A stretch of 64,000 nucleotides of DNA from the NCBI RefSeq assembly GCF_000143415.4, contig NW_003314359.1, positions 33,477-97,476 on the forward strand. The letters are read 5' to 3'. Each line of letters opens with the position of its first letter. Position 1 is the first letter of the stretch. Source of the DNA: Selaginella moellendorffii. Taxonomy: Eukaryota; Plantae; Lycopodiophyta. The position numbers and the translations under genes are program-made. Positions 11,784-25,154 of this stretch are shown here, one piece after another. Under the pieces are notes generated by a model. It was given only the letters and a program-made list of their open reading frames with translations, did not search any database and had not been told where the DNA came from.

Positions 11784-14700
11784 TGTGAGATATAAAATCC
11801 CTAGGCCCCAAAGAGGAGCTGAAAAGGTGCCACGTGGTAGTGGCTAAGGCAAAAACCAAACAAGCACAAAACAAGCAATAAATGAGTCTCTAAAAAAGGG
11901 ATATAAAAGGACTAACACATGACACGTGAAAGGATCCAAGAGAGAGTTTGAGATGGACCCGAGATGGAGTCCCAGATGGATCCGAGATGAAGTCCAAGAT
12001 GGAGTCCAAGATGGAGTCCGAGATGGATTTGATATGGAGTCCGAGATAAACCCGAAATGGAGTCTGAGATGGATTTGAGATGGAGTCCGAGATAGACCTA
12101 AGATGGAGTCTGAGATGAACCCAAGATGGAGTCCGAGATGGACTCAAGATGGAGTCTAAGATGAAGTTCAAGATGGAGTTCGAGATGGAGTTCGAGATGG
12201 ACCCAAGATGGAGTCTGAGATAGAGTTTGACATGGAACTGAGACCAAGTCCGAAACCGAGATCGAGACCAAGTCCGAGAGTCTGAGTCCGAGTCCGAGTC
12301 TAAATACTAATACAGGCTATTAGGTTGAAAGGTTGTACTTAGGTGTTGGGTTATAAGATAACTACTGGGAAGTCCAAGGCTAAAGTGAATACAAACCGAC
12401 AAGTGGGAAGTGGGGTAACTTGGTGAAATGTTCAAAAGCTAGCCTTAATTTCCTCGGGAGATCAAATGGTCGATGCTTCCAATCCAAGCATGAGTAGCAC
12501 TACCTACTTGGATACTGGGCATGGCTTAACAGAACCTCGCTCTAACCCCATGGCTAGAGCACCCAAAAGCGGAAGGTGGGGAGAGTACCTATGAGGCCCA
12601 TGTAGGGCCATGGTGTTCCAAAATGTTGTGATGGTGGAAAGAAAGAGGAACAATCCTCTAGTGTAAACCAAGGATGCGGTCATTTGGTGAGGAAGTCCCA
12701 AAGAACAAGGGGACTTAGTGGTCGGGCATGTGGGCCTTAATCCAATGGTAGTGTTGGCGAATACAGCCATAGATAGAAAGGGACTTAGTAGGGACCAAAA
12801 ATGGGATATTGGGGAAGGCTATTCCCCATATCTATGGGCATCCTAAGAATGCTAAGGAGTGGATTTGGGATGACCACTCATGGAGAAATGGCCCAATCTT
12901 TAGAAGATGGGATTGTGATATAGATGGTGTTGGATCACCAATGTGACAAAAGTGAATAAGCATGGCCTTAGTGTAACAAGTTGATATATAAATAGTACTT
13001 TTGTGTTGGTCATGGGATCAGACATATGGAGCACTTGGACCAAATGCAAAGGTTGAGTGGTATGAATGTCATTCTTAGAGCTAACAAGCACTTAATTCTG
13101 AATTGGACTTATGGAGGTTGAGAATGAGATTCCTCCAAGTGGTCAGAATTGTGGTTAAGTGACTAAAGTAGAATGGAAAAATTAGTCGCTTGCAATTTGT
13201 TATTGAAGCTATTCCTTAGTCTAAATCTTATTGGTGCTCAAGTATATCACCACTTGTGTTGACATCGGAAGGTCCTAGGAGTGGGCCTATCCTTGAGGAG
13301 TATCAAGTCGGAAGGACATGGCTCCCCATTACAGTTCATGTGTGAACTTGTAGGCAATGTGGTGGATAGAAAATGGCTAATAAAGGAATGACTTTGGGAT
13401 TTTGGGAACAATATAAGGTTTTCCTTAGAGAGTTGAGGCTATGATTCAAATGAGCATTTGACTTAACAAACTGTTTAATATAGTTATGGTAAAAGACTAT
13501 AGTTAGGATCATAGGAAAGATAAAGACTCCAAAATAATAAAGGAATTACAAGATTATCTTCATATAGCTAAGGCTGGTGCTCATAAATTTGAAACCAGAA
13601 TTAATGACCGTGAGAGGTCAAATACGAATGAGGACACAAGTCCTTAAAATGGTAGCCAGGGCTACCTTTTATAAATGTTGGAATAAACCCAAGGAGTTGG
13701 GGGTGTGCTCAGAGGATGAATTGGTATTCTTATTATATAGATGGATAGTCATATAGGGCAAAGGTAGCCCATAGGGAACAGAAAATAATCAAGTATTAGA
13801 ATAACACTTGCAAAGATAGTCTTTATAAGTAGGACATGAATACAAAAAGTTGTATTCCAGCGAGCTGGCACCTCAAAAGTAGGATCTTACCGGTCATTGA
13901 ATTAGCAAAATCCAAAAAGTTGGATAACTCAAGTAGAGTCAAAAAATAGTCCTAAAGGATTGGTTGAAGCATTTAGACTTAAATGTGTTATGCCCCACAA
14001 AGGATGGGGAAGATCATAATATTGAAATATGAGAATAATGGGTATCTCATTGATGGCCGAATGTGCCATACTAAAGTCGTGGGAAAGGTGTTCCTAGAAG
14101 AAAACAACTTTGACACAAAGTTGTGTGTAAATAATGCTAACAGATAGCTGGCATGAGAAACAATTGTATTGGTTTTCGCAAAGACTTAGACACAAGTAAG
14201 AAGTGTCATAAAGGTTCATGAAAACCCCTTCCCAAAGGAATCTTAATGGAAATGAAAATGGTATAACTTAAGTTGGAAGGCATATGGTTAGAGTGTAGTG
14301 ACCCAAATAATGATGAAGGTGTGGAAGCACTAGCAATGAGTTGTAAGACTTGACAACTATGAGGCAACTAAGCAAAATATGCAAAATAATTGATTAAACT
14401 AGTAAAAGGTAACTACTCAAGACTTTTTATTAGGATAAGAAAGTTAAATATACTCTTATAAGGGATAAATTGCTTATGTTGTGATATAATAATTCAATGT
14501 CATAAAGGGAATACTCATTATCAAAAAAGGCCATTATTGGGACACTTAAACACTCTAAAACACCAGGAAATGGTGTTTCGTGTCATGAAGGCATTAGATA
14601 AAGCCCAAGGGATTAAGTCTCTAGTGAATGATGGATAGTAGGTGTTATCTAAATGTTTAAAGTTGTGGAAACAGGAGAAGTCTATTTATCTAAATTGGAC

Positions 14701-17700
14701 AAAACCAAAAAATTTTTTTAGCAAGGCTAGTGATGGGCATATAAAGACCCATAAATAGCAACAATCCCGATGTGTAGGATTACAAAGTAAGTATACCCGA
14801 ATTGAGAAACCACTCTTTAGGTTATTGGGTAGGTTCATCCCTAAGAATATTTACTAAGACATAGTAAAAAATGCAAAATTATCCTCCTAGTTTGAAGAAG
14901 AATAATTAAAAGAAACGTGTGAGGCCAAAAAACAAGTAGTAAATGGAGAGAATCGAACCATAGGAATCGAAGAGCATAACTAATGGTGGTTATGCAAGTT
15001 GGGAGTGGAGAATCAAGTAGGTGCTCGAGTATGTTGTTATTAGCAACCATGATGCCATAGAGAGTCTAAAATATAGAATTATCCATGTTAGACCATATAA
15101 TAATTAAAAAGCTTGCGAAAAGAGAAACCTTAGCAAGCTAAGGGACAAAGTTCCTTCAAAGTTCCCAAAAACAATTTTAGGTAGTTTAATACTTAGAAAG
15201 GCAAGTGTAAATGGTTTATAGAACATGCAAAATCAGAGTGGCACAGTAGAAGTGTGGTCTTGAAGTTTGTCAATCAAAGTTGGAGAAGTAGTTCCCGAAC
15301 ATTCAAAGGGATGGTTTTGAATGAAAGTCAATGGTCAAGGACTTTCATACTTATGCATAAACCATATTATAATGGTCGGATGACTTGTTAAGCAAGATTG
15401 GTAAGTCGGGGGAACAAATACCCTAATTGAATGTGCTAACTTAAAAAAGGGGTGACCCATGAGGTCAAATATGGAGGAGTCCATGCATAATCACAAACGA
15501 GAGGATTTGGTAGTGTGAAGGAACTAAATTCTTAAGCTGTGATCTATAACACGCTTTAAGTATAAGTTGTTGCACCGGCGGGGGGGTCACGCTAAGCATC
15601 TTGGGTGATGCCGTCTGTAGATGCATATATGGAGGTTGGGTTTGAGTTCCAACTCTTTAGTGCTTGGGTTCAAGTCATAACTCACTAAAGTGTGGTGATA
15701 GGTTGGAATATGAAAACACTCATTTTCAGTGGTCATGAACTCTCAGCAAGGAGATTGGCTTGGGCACATTGTCAAGCGGGGGATACCACAGAGTCATGAT
15801 ACACAGTTAGATTACTTAGTGTGAAAATTCGGCATATCTAACTTGAACACTTTGGTGCAAGTGACACCAAGGATGTAGTGAATGAGATGGAGACACCTAG
15901 TTTTAGTTGCTATGGACCTTTAGTCGAAAGGGCTAACTTAGGCGCACTGCCAAGTGTGGGGGATGCTTCTGGGGTCATGGTTAACAACTTATTACAAGTT
16001 TGGAAGACTTAATACCTATTAGCAAATCTGTTAAAGTACCAAGGTGAGATCACTAGGTGATCTTATAGCTAAATAAAAACAAAGTCCTTATTTGGTTAAG
16101 GAATAAAATTTCTAGTTTAAAGTAGTGATTTGAACTGTTGGTAATTGTGTGACTTGGTCAAAGTGATCAAGTGGAAAAAAAACCTAAAGAGAAATTAGTG
16201 GTGTCAATGCGATGGTATAGTGAGTCCAAAAAAGTAGTTTCTAGGAAAGACTTATGGGAGGGTCGTAAAGTTGGGCCATGGATAAAACCCATAATAGAAA
16301 ATGTTAAAGAAACCTATTAGGGGTGAGTACTTCTAGATTTAGCAAAATAGAGCCTTTGCCATGGAATTAAAAGAATACCTCGAGGATGGAGGTAGTGATA
16401 ACAATCAACGAATATGAACAAAAAATTAGTGGCCAAGTTTGTGCCATAGAATTCATTGGAAGGAATCCAAATAGGTAAAAAATATTAATATATTAGATGT
16501 TAATAGATTGTGGGAAAGGAAGTGTGTTTCCAAGGATGGATTCCCAAATGCTCCAATTTGGTAAAGGTGAAAGTTCCAAGGGAGGGAGCAGCAAGGTAGC
16601 CAAATGATAAGGCCATGGACAACCCTAGCATAACTTATGATAACTAAAACTTAGTGCCAAAGTTGGCACAAAATAAAAAAAAGGATGATGGTGCCTTTAA
16701 GTAGAAAACTTTCTAGGATAGGGAAGTGAAGTTTGAATGGAATGATTATATTGATAGAAGTCGAGATTACTCAAGAATAAATAGTGGAATTGAGATAGAG
16801 AAGGTATCTCTAACAGGTTTAGCGAGAATTAAACCAATAAAAGGGAGAGAACTACCATAGGTGGTCGAATGAGTCTCTATGTTAGAGAAACTATGCTCCT
16901 TAGAGGATGGACAAGGCATAGTGAGCCTTCGGTGTCAAATCATTGATGAATATTGGTTAAGTGCCAAGGATGAAAAGGGTAATACATATTAGTATTACTT
17001 TATAAAATGGTTTATCATTCAATGAAGACATCAAACTTCATCTATAGGTGGTGGAGTTGTGAGACATAAAATCCCTAGGCCCCAAAGAGGAGCCAAAAGG
17101 GTGCCACATGGTAGTGGCTAAGGCAGAAGCCAAATGAGTATAACACATATAAACTAAAAGATCCAACTTGAAATATCAAAAGTAGGAGTGGAACTCCCAA
17201 CAAAGTGCTCGAGGAATGAGCACGAAGCAAGCAATAAGTGAGTCTCTAAAAAAGGGACACAAAAGGACCAACACATGACATGTGGAAGGATCTGAGATGG
17301 AGTTTGAAATGGACCTAAGATGGAGTCCGAGATGGACCCGAGATAGAGTCCGAGATGGAATCCGAGATGGAGTCTGAGATGGAGTCTGAGATAGATCCAA
17401 GATGGAGTTTAAGATGGACCCGAGATGGAGTTCTAGATAGACCCGAGATGGACTTCAAGATGGAGTCCAAGATGGAATCTGAGATGGACACGAGATGGAG
17501 TCCGAGATGGAATCGAGACCAAGTCTGAAACCGAAACCGAGACCAAGTCCGAGTCCAAGTCCGAGTTCGAGTCTAAGTCCAAATACTAATACAGTTGAGC
17601 CCGGGTAGGTTTTGAGCTCATGAGCTCATGGCTTCTCAAACACAAGAAAAACATTGTTTTGTCCCAAACCAACATCTTTTCATTTTTCAAATTTTGATTT

Positions 17701-17829
17701 AATCTATATTTCCAAATAAATTCGACCAATAAAATATAAATATAAATATAGATTAGAACACTAAAAGCAATCTAAAAACACTTCTCAAGCTCTATAACTG
17801 TAAGGCTTGCTTAGTAGATATGATGGTCG

Positions 17830-20800
17830 ATTTTAGGATTTTGGTTTAATTCCTACATAAAAATGTAATAGATGTGCTTGCAGGCTAAATATACCTTTCC
17901 CCTGTTCTCCCACTATGTAAAATCTGGACAGATACAAGATGGATTTTTGCAGATTTTGACAGTGTAGCTCATACCCTTTGATGACTTAGTCACAACAACA
18001 AACTCCTTAGCCACAACACTAATGTAGTTTGTCTTTGTGATTGTGTACTTTAGCTCTTTTGCCAGCTTGATCTTCTCTTGTGCACCTTTTGAAATAGAAG
18101 ACTTGTATTGTATAGCTTTCCCATTCCTAGCTGGTTGTGTATGTTGGTCTAGTGTTGATATTGGTGGCATAGCAGTACTAACAATATTTGAGGAAGTCTT
18201 TAACTTGAAACCTGCTCTCTCTAGACTTTCAATCTCTTCTTCCAAAAGATTGCAACTTCGCTCAACTAGCCACTCCTCTAAAACAGAATCTGGCTTCAAA
18301 ATAATTGAGTTGTGGATTTGGCTTGTATGAGTAACATCAGTCCCACAACTGTAAATCTAGCTTGACTGGCGGCCCTTCACTCCTAGATCTTGACAGCCCC
18401 AGAAACATGGCATTGCTAAAGAATTTGAACCTGAGCGCACAAATGCGAGACATTGACCTCGACTCCCAATCATTCTGGAGCAACGTGCATTATTCTTGGC
18501 ACTGACTCTTCGAATTGCCCAGTTGATACAAGAAATTGGCTCACGAGAAATAACCTTTTCAACCTCTGGCACTGGACTTACTTGTGTAACAACTGGCACC
18601 TCCTTCACTCCATGTTCCATATTTCTTTTCCAGTGTCGTGGAACAGAATGGTAGTCAAACTTTGGATAGTGAGAGCTAGAAGGAGTGATGTTTGGCCCAT
18701 CAAATGTCTGTCAACGCTTCATACAGGCTGTTCTCATGTCCCCGAGTGGTTCATAACTTGATTTCATAGGAGTTCCAACAACAACTTCCTCCACCATCTT
18801 AGACATTGACCCTACTGCTGGTGTTGTCCTTCTACCAACCTGCTCTCGAAGCTTGTCTAAGTTTAGACCTATACCAACAAACCTTGCTTCTTGTGCAGCC
18901 AAAGCTTTTGATGACTACTCAAGAGATTTAGTGAGGTTGGAGAGTGTATCTTCATAAAGGGACACTTTTCCTTTCCTTGCTTTACTCCAATGTTTGTGCT
19001 CAAAGAGATTAATTGTTTATGTAAGTGCTATGTCATCAAGTGGTAGATCCTAGGAAAAATGCAACATTTGAATGTGACAAGAAAGAAAATGAGAAAAAGC
19101 TTACATAGAGAGTATAATGACCACACTAAAACATTTGAACTTCCCACCATACAAGTCAATATTCCATTTGTGGAAGGTTTTCAATTGGCACTTTATCTCT
19201 TTCACACCACCATATGTGCATCTTATTTACCTTTGCTTCATGCTCTTCTTTAGTTGGTGCATCCATCCATTCCCAACAAAGCTGCTTGAACTCGTGATGG
19301 AAGTTAGATTTGATGCATCGACAATGTTTATTGACACTCTTTGCCCAATGAAATTCACAACTCTTCTCTCTACCTTGTAACAGCTGACTTTTATCACCTC
19401 TAAATACTTGTTATACAGCCAACCAATTAGCACCAGTAGCATCTGCTATGAAACCACGAAAGTTGGGTTTCTTCTCGGTTCGCTGTTCAACAACTTCAGA
19501 TATACATATTCAAAAGATGGTTTGTGCTTGAAAATTTTGAACCTTGAATTCAACTATAACTATAATCAAGTTGCATTGCAACCTATAGAAGGAATGGTTA
19601 TAATGTAAATTGGTATGGAATCCTTAAAAAATGAATAACCACTTACTTGTGATCATAAACATGAGCCCCCATAGTTGAGCAGCCTAAAACTCATTCTATG
19701 TGGTCGAAATGGATTCAGGAATTAGCCAAGTCCCCATCTCCATCCATATCCATTCATTGTACAAGGTTCACACTAGAAGCAGGACTAAGGGTAGACATCT
19801 TAAAGATGAAAAGGCATTGATTGTTCAAAGTCACTTGGCCAACGAACAAGCCCCCATGAATAAACTCATAGGGACATTTTCTCTTTAGATCCAAAATCCC
19901 ATCTAATTTAGATTGAAGCTTTCCATCTCTCCCTTCTCGCATCCAGTTCTTTATTCTACCAAAAAAAAGAGTGTTATTAGTGATAAAGTAGAGTTAAGTA
20001 TTAATTTTATACCTATTTAAATTTGTCACAGGTTCTATATGTTGAAATAGGTCCTTCAAGTTATTTTCCATGAATTCTTTTTTGCTATCAGATTGTAGCA
20101 ACATGTCCACCATATAGTCCTTTAGTACAGACTATTGAACACACTTTGGATTTGTAGCACTTTTCTTCCCAGCCTCTATAGTAACAGCAGCCTTCAAATT
20201 GCAAAAAAAATCACAACAAATTCCTTCCTCTATTACGTGTTGGTGATATCCAACATGCACTGTTGCTCTGCCTAAAATCCATCCCGTGGAAGAAAATAAT
20301 ACATTTTCACATCGCAACATGCTTGACACACAAGTGTTGCCCTACATTTGCGACATCTAAACTCTGTAACAACCTCATCACGCCTAGGGCAATTGATTGC
20401 TGAGCTTTCAAAGAAACATATATTCTTGCCATGATCAGAAATGCATTTCTCAGCAACACATTGAAGTTGTCCACCACAATGGACTATAGACACAGATCCA
20501 TCAAAATTAGAGAAGTGGGTTGTCTATACTCTGCATCAATTATGTGGATCAAGATGTGTCTCCATACCCCTTTTACTACTTGACGAACTAGCCGGTGGAA
20601 ACTCAAAGAATATATTCCCATTATAAGAAGAAGGAAGCTCCTCACCTCTCATATACTAGAACTCCTTCAATTCCAATCGTAATGATTGAGATTGCTGAAA
20701 TGCCTTATCCACCGTTTCAAAAACTGGTCCAAAAGGAACACACTTATTTGTCTAGGAAGCTATATTAGGAAGCTCATCTTCTTCATTTTTGTCACTGGAG

Positions 20801-21141
20801 AGAATAACAACTTCATCCTGCACTCCTTGCATAGTTGATTGTGAAACTAATGCACTCTCCTTTCTTCGCTTCAGAGATCCTATAACTAGAATCTCCTGAC
20901 TTGTACATCTATCAAGATCCCATTGAATCCCATTCTCTCCCACACCATTGTTGAGAAGAATGGATTTTTCTATCTGATTACCTTTATCATGACATGCATT
21001 CTCAAGACTAATTGATCCTGGCTTGAGCTTGAATCTTCTACAGAGGAAGCTCTCTCCTATAACACTCTTAGAGAAAACAATTGGAAGCTCTTGATTGAAC
21101 TTCAAATAGAATTCTCTCATATCTTCTCTTTGCTCGAGCAT
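17830..21141 (-). pseudogene. MULE-type DDE transposase with C-terminal SWIM zinc finger (multi-exon, decayed)
   Basis: Minus-strand motifs HFDH...TMGAHVYD (~19650-19712), PNFRGFIADATGANWLAV (~19415-19470), SCEFHWAKSV (~19330-19360), and SWIM YTVKICKNPSCICPDF...YLACKHIYY (~17860-17965). Confidence 0.8.
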
Positions 21142-21918
21142 TTAGAAAAAATTTGGGGAGAAACTGATAAGAAAAAACAAAGATATTCTTCTATATTGTG
21201 AGCATTAATTAGCTATGTCCTTACAAAGGACAAGTTAATTATTTTAACAAAATATACAACTGTTTAGAATCTAGAGAGATAAGAATCTTAAAGAGCCACC
21301 CATATTAATTGTATAATTGATTGTGAGAGGAATAATATTGTTAAAATGAATGTAGTTATAAGTGAAAAGTGCTGATTAATCATGAGAGTTGTAATGTTAA
21401 TTGCTTATTCTCCCTTTCATCTCTATACTTTCTTCCCTTCAAGAAAGTTTCATTCTTTTGTAACAAGTGAGAGAGAAAAACCATGCACGAACCAACCTTT
21501 CCGAACTTGACTCTCTCTCACTTGTCACAAAAGAATGAAACTCTCTTGAAGGGAAGAGAACATGGAGATAAAAGGGAGAACAAGCAATCAATGCTACAAC
21601 TTTTGTAATTGACTGGCACTTCTCGCTCATAACCACATTTATTTCAACAATACTATTCCTCTCACAATCAATTATACATATCTTAATATCTAAAGCATTG
21701 AATGATTGTGTCCATTGATTGCCATCAAAGATAATGAAAATCATGACCATTGATCATGACTGTTGATCGCGTCTGTTGATTTTTAAGGTTTTACATCTAG
21801 GGTTTGAGCAGCAAAGGGCGAGAGAAAAGCGCGTTTGAGCAGGAAAGGGCGAGAGAAAGGCACTTCAACTTAGCAATGTGCTTCAAGACACTCCTCAAAC
21901 AAGGTATGCTTCCTTGAG

Positions 21919-22442
21919 AAGGTCGGTTCACACACGAACTAATATCCCCTCACTTTCTTTCTTCCATGAGAAGTTTTCTATTTTCTCAACTTTTGTTTTT
22001 TCTTGAGGGATAGAGATGTCGGTTCTTGTGCGAACCAACATCTCCTAGCATTCTTTTTCATTTTCTACTTAGCTTTTTGCCCATCTCTGCCTTGTTTTTT
22101 TTTATTTTTGTTCCTTGTTGAATGGGTGGGAAAGATTGGTTCGCACAATATCTCCCCACCTTCATTTTTTCTAGAGGTGAGATTTCTTGGTTTATTTCAT
22201 GTTTCTAGTGGTGAAATCTCTATATTTTAGAAAATAGAGAGAGATAGAAATGTTAGTTCTTGTGTGAACTGACATCTTCAAGGTTTTCTTTTTTATTTCA
22301 TTGACTTGATGGGGCATTTCATGTGAAAATTAGAGGTGGAAGATGTCAGTTCTTGCGCAAACCGACCTCTCCCGTATTATTGTTGTGTTTTTCCTTTTTC
22401 TCAAGAGGTAGGGTGAGGTCGGTTCTCATACAAACAAACCTC
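21919..22442. promoter_or_regulatory. Cluster of outer-element palindromes GTYRGTTC-N6-(G/A)AACYRAC in the divergent intergenic region
   Basis: Copies at 21919, 22013 (GAGATGTCGGTTC-TTGTGC-GAACCAACATCTC), 22250, 22341, 22415. Related N5-spaced copies at ~40206 and ~40281 near the right TIR. Function is inferred. Confidence 0.6.
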
Positions 22443-22649
22443 TGCTAATGACTTGTGTTTTTTTCCTTTGCATTTCTTGTGGTTTACAATCTATTTTTCA
22501 CATCTTTTACTTACGAACTTTTTTTGTGAGAGCAGATATAAATCAAGCTTGACTGCCTGAAACTTCCATCAAGGGACTTGAACTTAAAATGCCACAGATT
22601 TGCTTTACATTACAAGTTAGATGTTATAATATTTTTGATTTTTATTTTA

Positions 22650-23596
22650 GAGGAAGCACTGAGGTTAGCCTCAATGGTCTCGGTCTCCAAGAAAAGGTAG
22701 TTGCCTTGATCCCTATGGGCTTGGCCGATTGAGTGGAGATTCATCTCAAGTATCTAATGAAGTTTCTGCTAGTCATGTTAGAAGCAACAATGAGCATAAC
22801 AACGACATGGATGTTGAGATGAACACTCAAATCGATGTTGGTGTTATTGAGGCTATTGGTACTGGTGCTCCTGAGGCTGCGGCTACTAGTGGTGGGGTAC
22901 TTGTGTTTAATGTTGGTGGTGGTGGGGGTGCTGTGCCTTAGGTTGCTAAGGCTGCTCACGACGAGGTAGATGAACTAGCTAAAAAGGTTATTAATAGTGT
23001 TGTAGGTGGATCTATTGCAAAGGCTACTAGGGGCATGGTAGCTCCTCCTACTGCGGCTCAGGCTAGTGGTGCAAAGGGAGCTAGTGGTGGTGAGGGATTA
23101 TGCATGCATGATTCTGACACCATCTTGAATGATCGTGTTCAGGACACGATTATCCAAGCTCAAGAACATATAATCATTAAAGTGTTACAGGAAATGGTGT
23201 GGAATGGCTCTCATTGATTTCTAGTTCTTTTGTGCCAGTTGGTTCAAAGCCATTAGGTGCACTCAGCTTACGACCTCAACATGGATATCTACAACTCGTT
23301 TGCTGAGGTCGGGTTTGGGAGCACAACTGGTACCTTTGTCATTTCACCAACTTTCCCTGGAACTGGGTAAACATAGTTAATGACTATTGAACTTGAGGAA
23401 AAATGGGATCCTATATGGCTGTGAAAGTCTCGTGAGTTTGATAGATTCTTAGGACAACATATGGAGACAACAAGGTTCATTAGAAAGCTCTTTTAGGTGA
23501 TCGATAGAAACCATAAGTGGCTAGCACTTTGGAAGTGCATTCAAGAGAAGTTTTGAGATAATGAAGAACAACACATTAGTATTCTAGTCACACTAT
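22650..23596 (+). pseudogene. Outer cargo gene, 5' part: Ala/Gly-rich N-terminus plus ParB/Srx-like domain
   Basis: EKWDPIWL*KSREFDRFL...KLF*VIDRNHKWLALWKCI; DRNHK derives from DGNHR by two G>A changes. Cut by the inner element and continues LIEPMSQEHTMKLNMACHKIN at ~37302. Confidence 0.6.
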
Positions 23597-25154
23597 GCTC
23601 TATTTCGTTAAAGTGGGATTTATTCAGTAAAATGGGACTAGGTACAAATTTTCAAGTATTTGAAAATGACGTGAAATTATATGTTTTTTGTCCAGGGGCT
23701 AGACATATCTAGGGCATGGTGACTAGTGCGGTGACTTTATGTCTAGACTGAGTCCATCTGGTTGTATAATAAATCTCATTGTCAAGGTGAACAAGCCGAA
23801 TCTGAAGCTAAAGAAGAGCAATGGCATGCGCGCACACACTATTTGTTTGTTCATTGAGCGTGTGGTGAGCTTTCCAAGATGAACGTCATTCCTATTAGCC
23901 AGACATATAACTTAATGGTGAGAACATTTAGATATTATTCAATGTTATCTTTTTCTAACGAATCTAATTGTGAAGGTGTAGCAAGAGGCATTGCTAGTCT
24001 GGAGAAGTCATTTAACTCATTTGACCCTTAGTGTATTTTCATGAAACTAAATAACATTCATATTATTAAGGAATTTCTCTAGTACCTTTTTTTTACGACA
24101 TAGAGGCTTGCATTTCTTTCAAAGGTGATTTAGTAAAAGGCCTGAGGGCACATGCCATTCTATTTCTCAGACCGGTATTAAGATATACTAGTGCAAAGGG
24201 AAAAAGGTATTTGGTGATCAAGTAAATGGCATGAGGGCACACGCCATTATAAGCCTAAGCGCTAGTGGACACCTCCTTTTTGGTACTCTCAGCAGTACTA
24301 TCATCCTTCTTCGGGTCAGTTGTTTTGCTTTGGATTGTTGTCTCTGACGTTACTGGGGCGTTCTCGATAGTTGTTAATGTTGCCGTTTGTTCAGAAAAAT
24401 GATCACCTGGAATATAATACGGGGAGTTTGGAAGACTTATATATTCTACATCTTCACCTATCTCCTTCTCCGTCTCCTTTTTTGCCTCACTTACAGATTT
24501 TGTGCTTGCCATGAGAACGCTCTTCACCCTAAAATATGGAGTTCGTTGTGTTATAAAAGGAAACCAACACACACGCTACAAGGGAATGATGGTACATAAA
24601 GCACGTAAGCCCACAATATGGGTTTATGTGCCATTAATATGGGCCACATGCCATATTATTAGATTTATGCACGTGTGATTGGTAAATGCATATGTCACAT
24701 CATCTTTGTTTTACCTCACACACTATATCAGGCCTAATGAACCATATCACATGTGCGCACATGCTATATATATGGAGAAGTATTATGCAAGGATAGAAAA
24801 ATTCAATGCATGATTGTGGAGAGCAATGGCATGAAGCCACATGCTAAATAACATTTTAGAGAAAAAATTAAAAATAAAAACATGCAAACAGTACTGAGTG
24901 GACCAAGACTTAGAAGTGCACAATTGAATGAGGTATTTCTAATAAATATTTCACTCACCTCATATAGGAATGGCTACCACTCTCAAATGGTGTATCGCCT
25001 CATGCCATCACCTTGCAATTTGTTATAACAATCCGATGAATTCATATTCGGCTTGTTCACCTTAAACTTTAAGTAAGATTTGCTAGAATAACTAAGAATT
25101 TATACTTGTTATTTGTATCATCTCACCTAGGAATGGCGTAAGGCCACATGCCAT

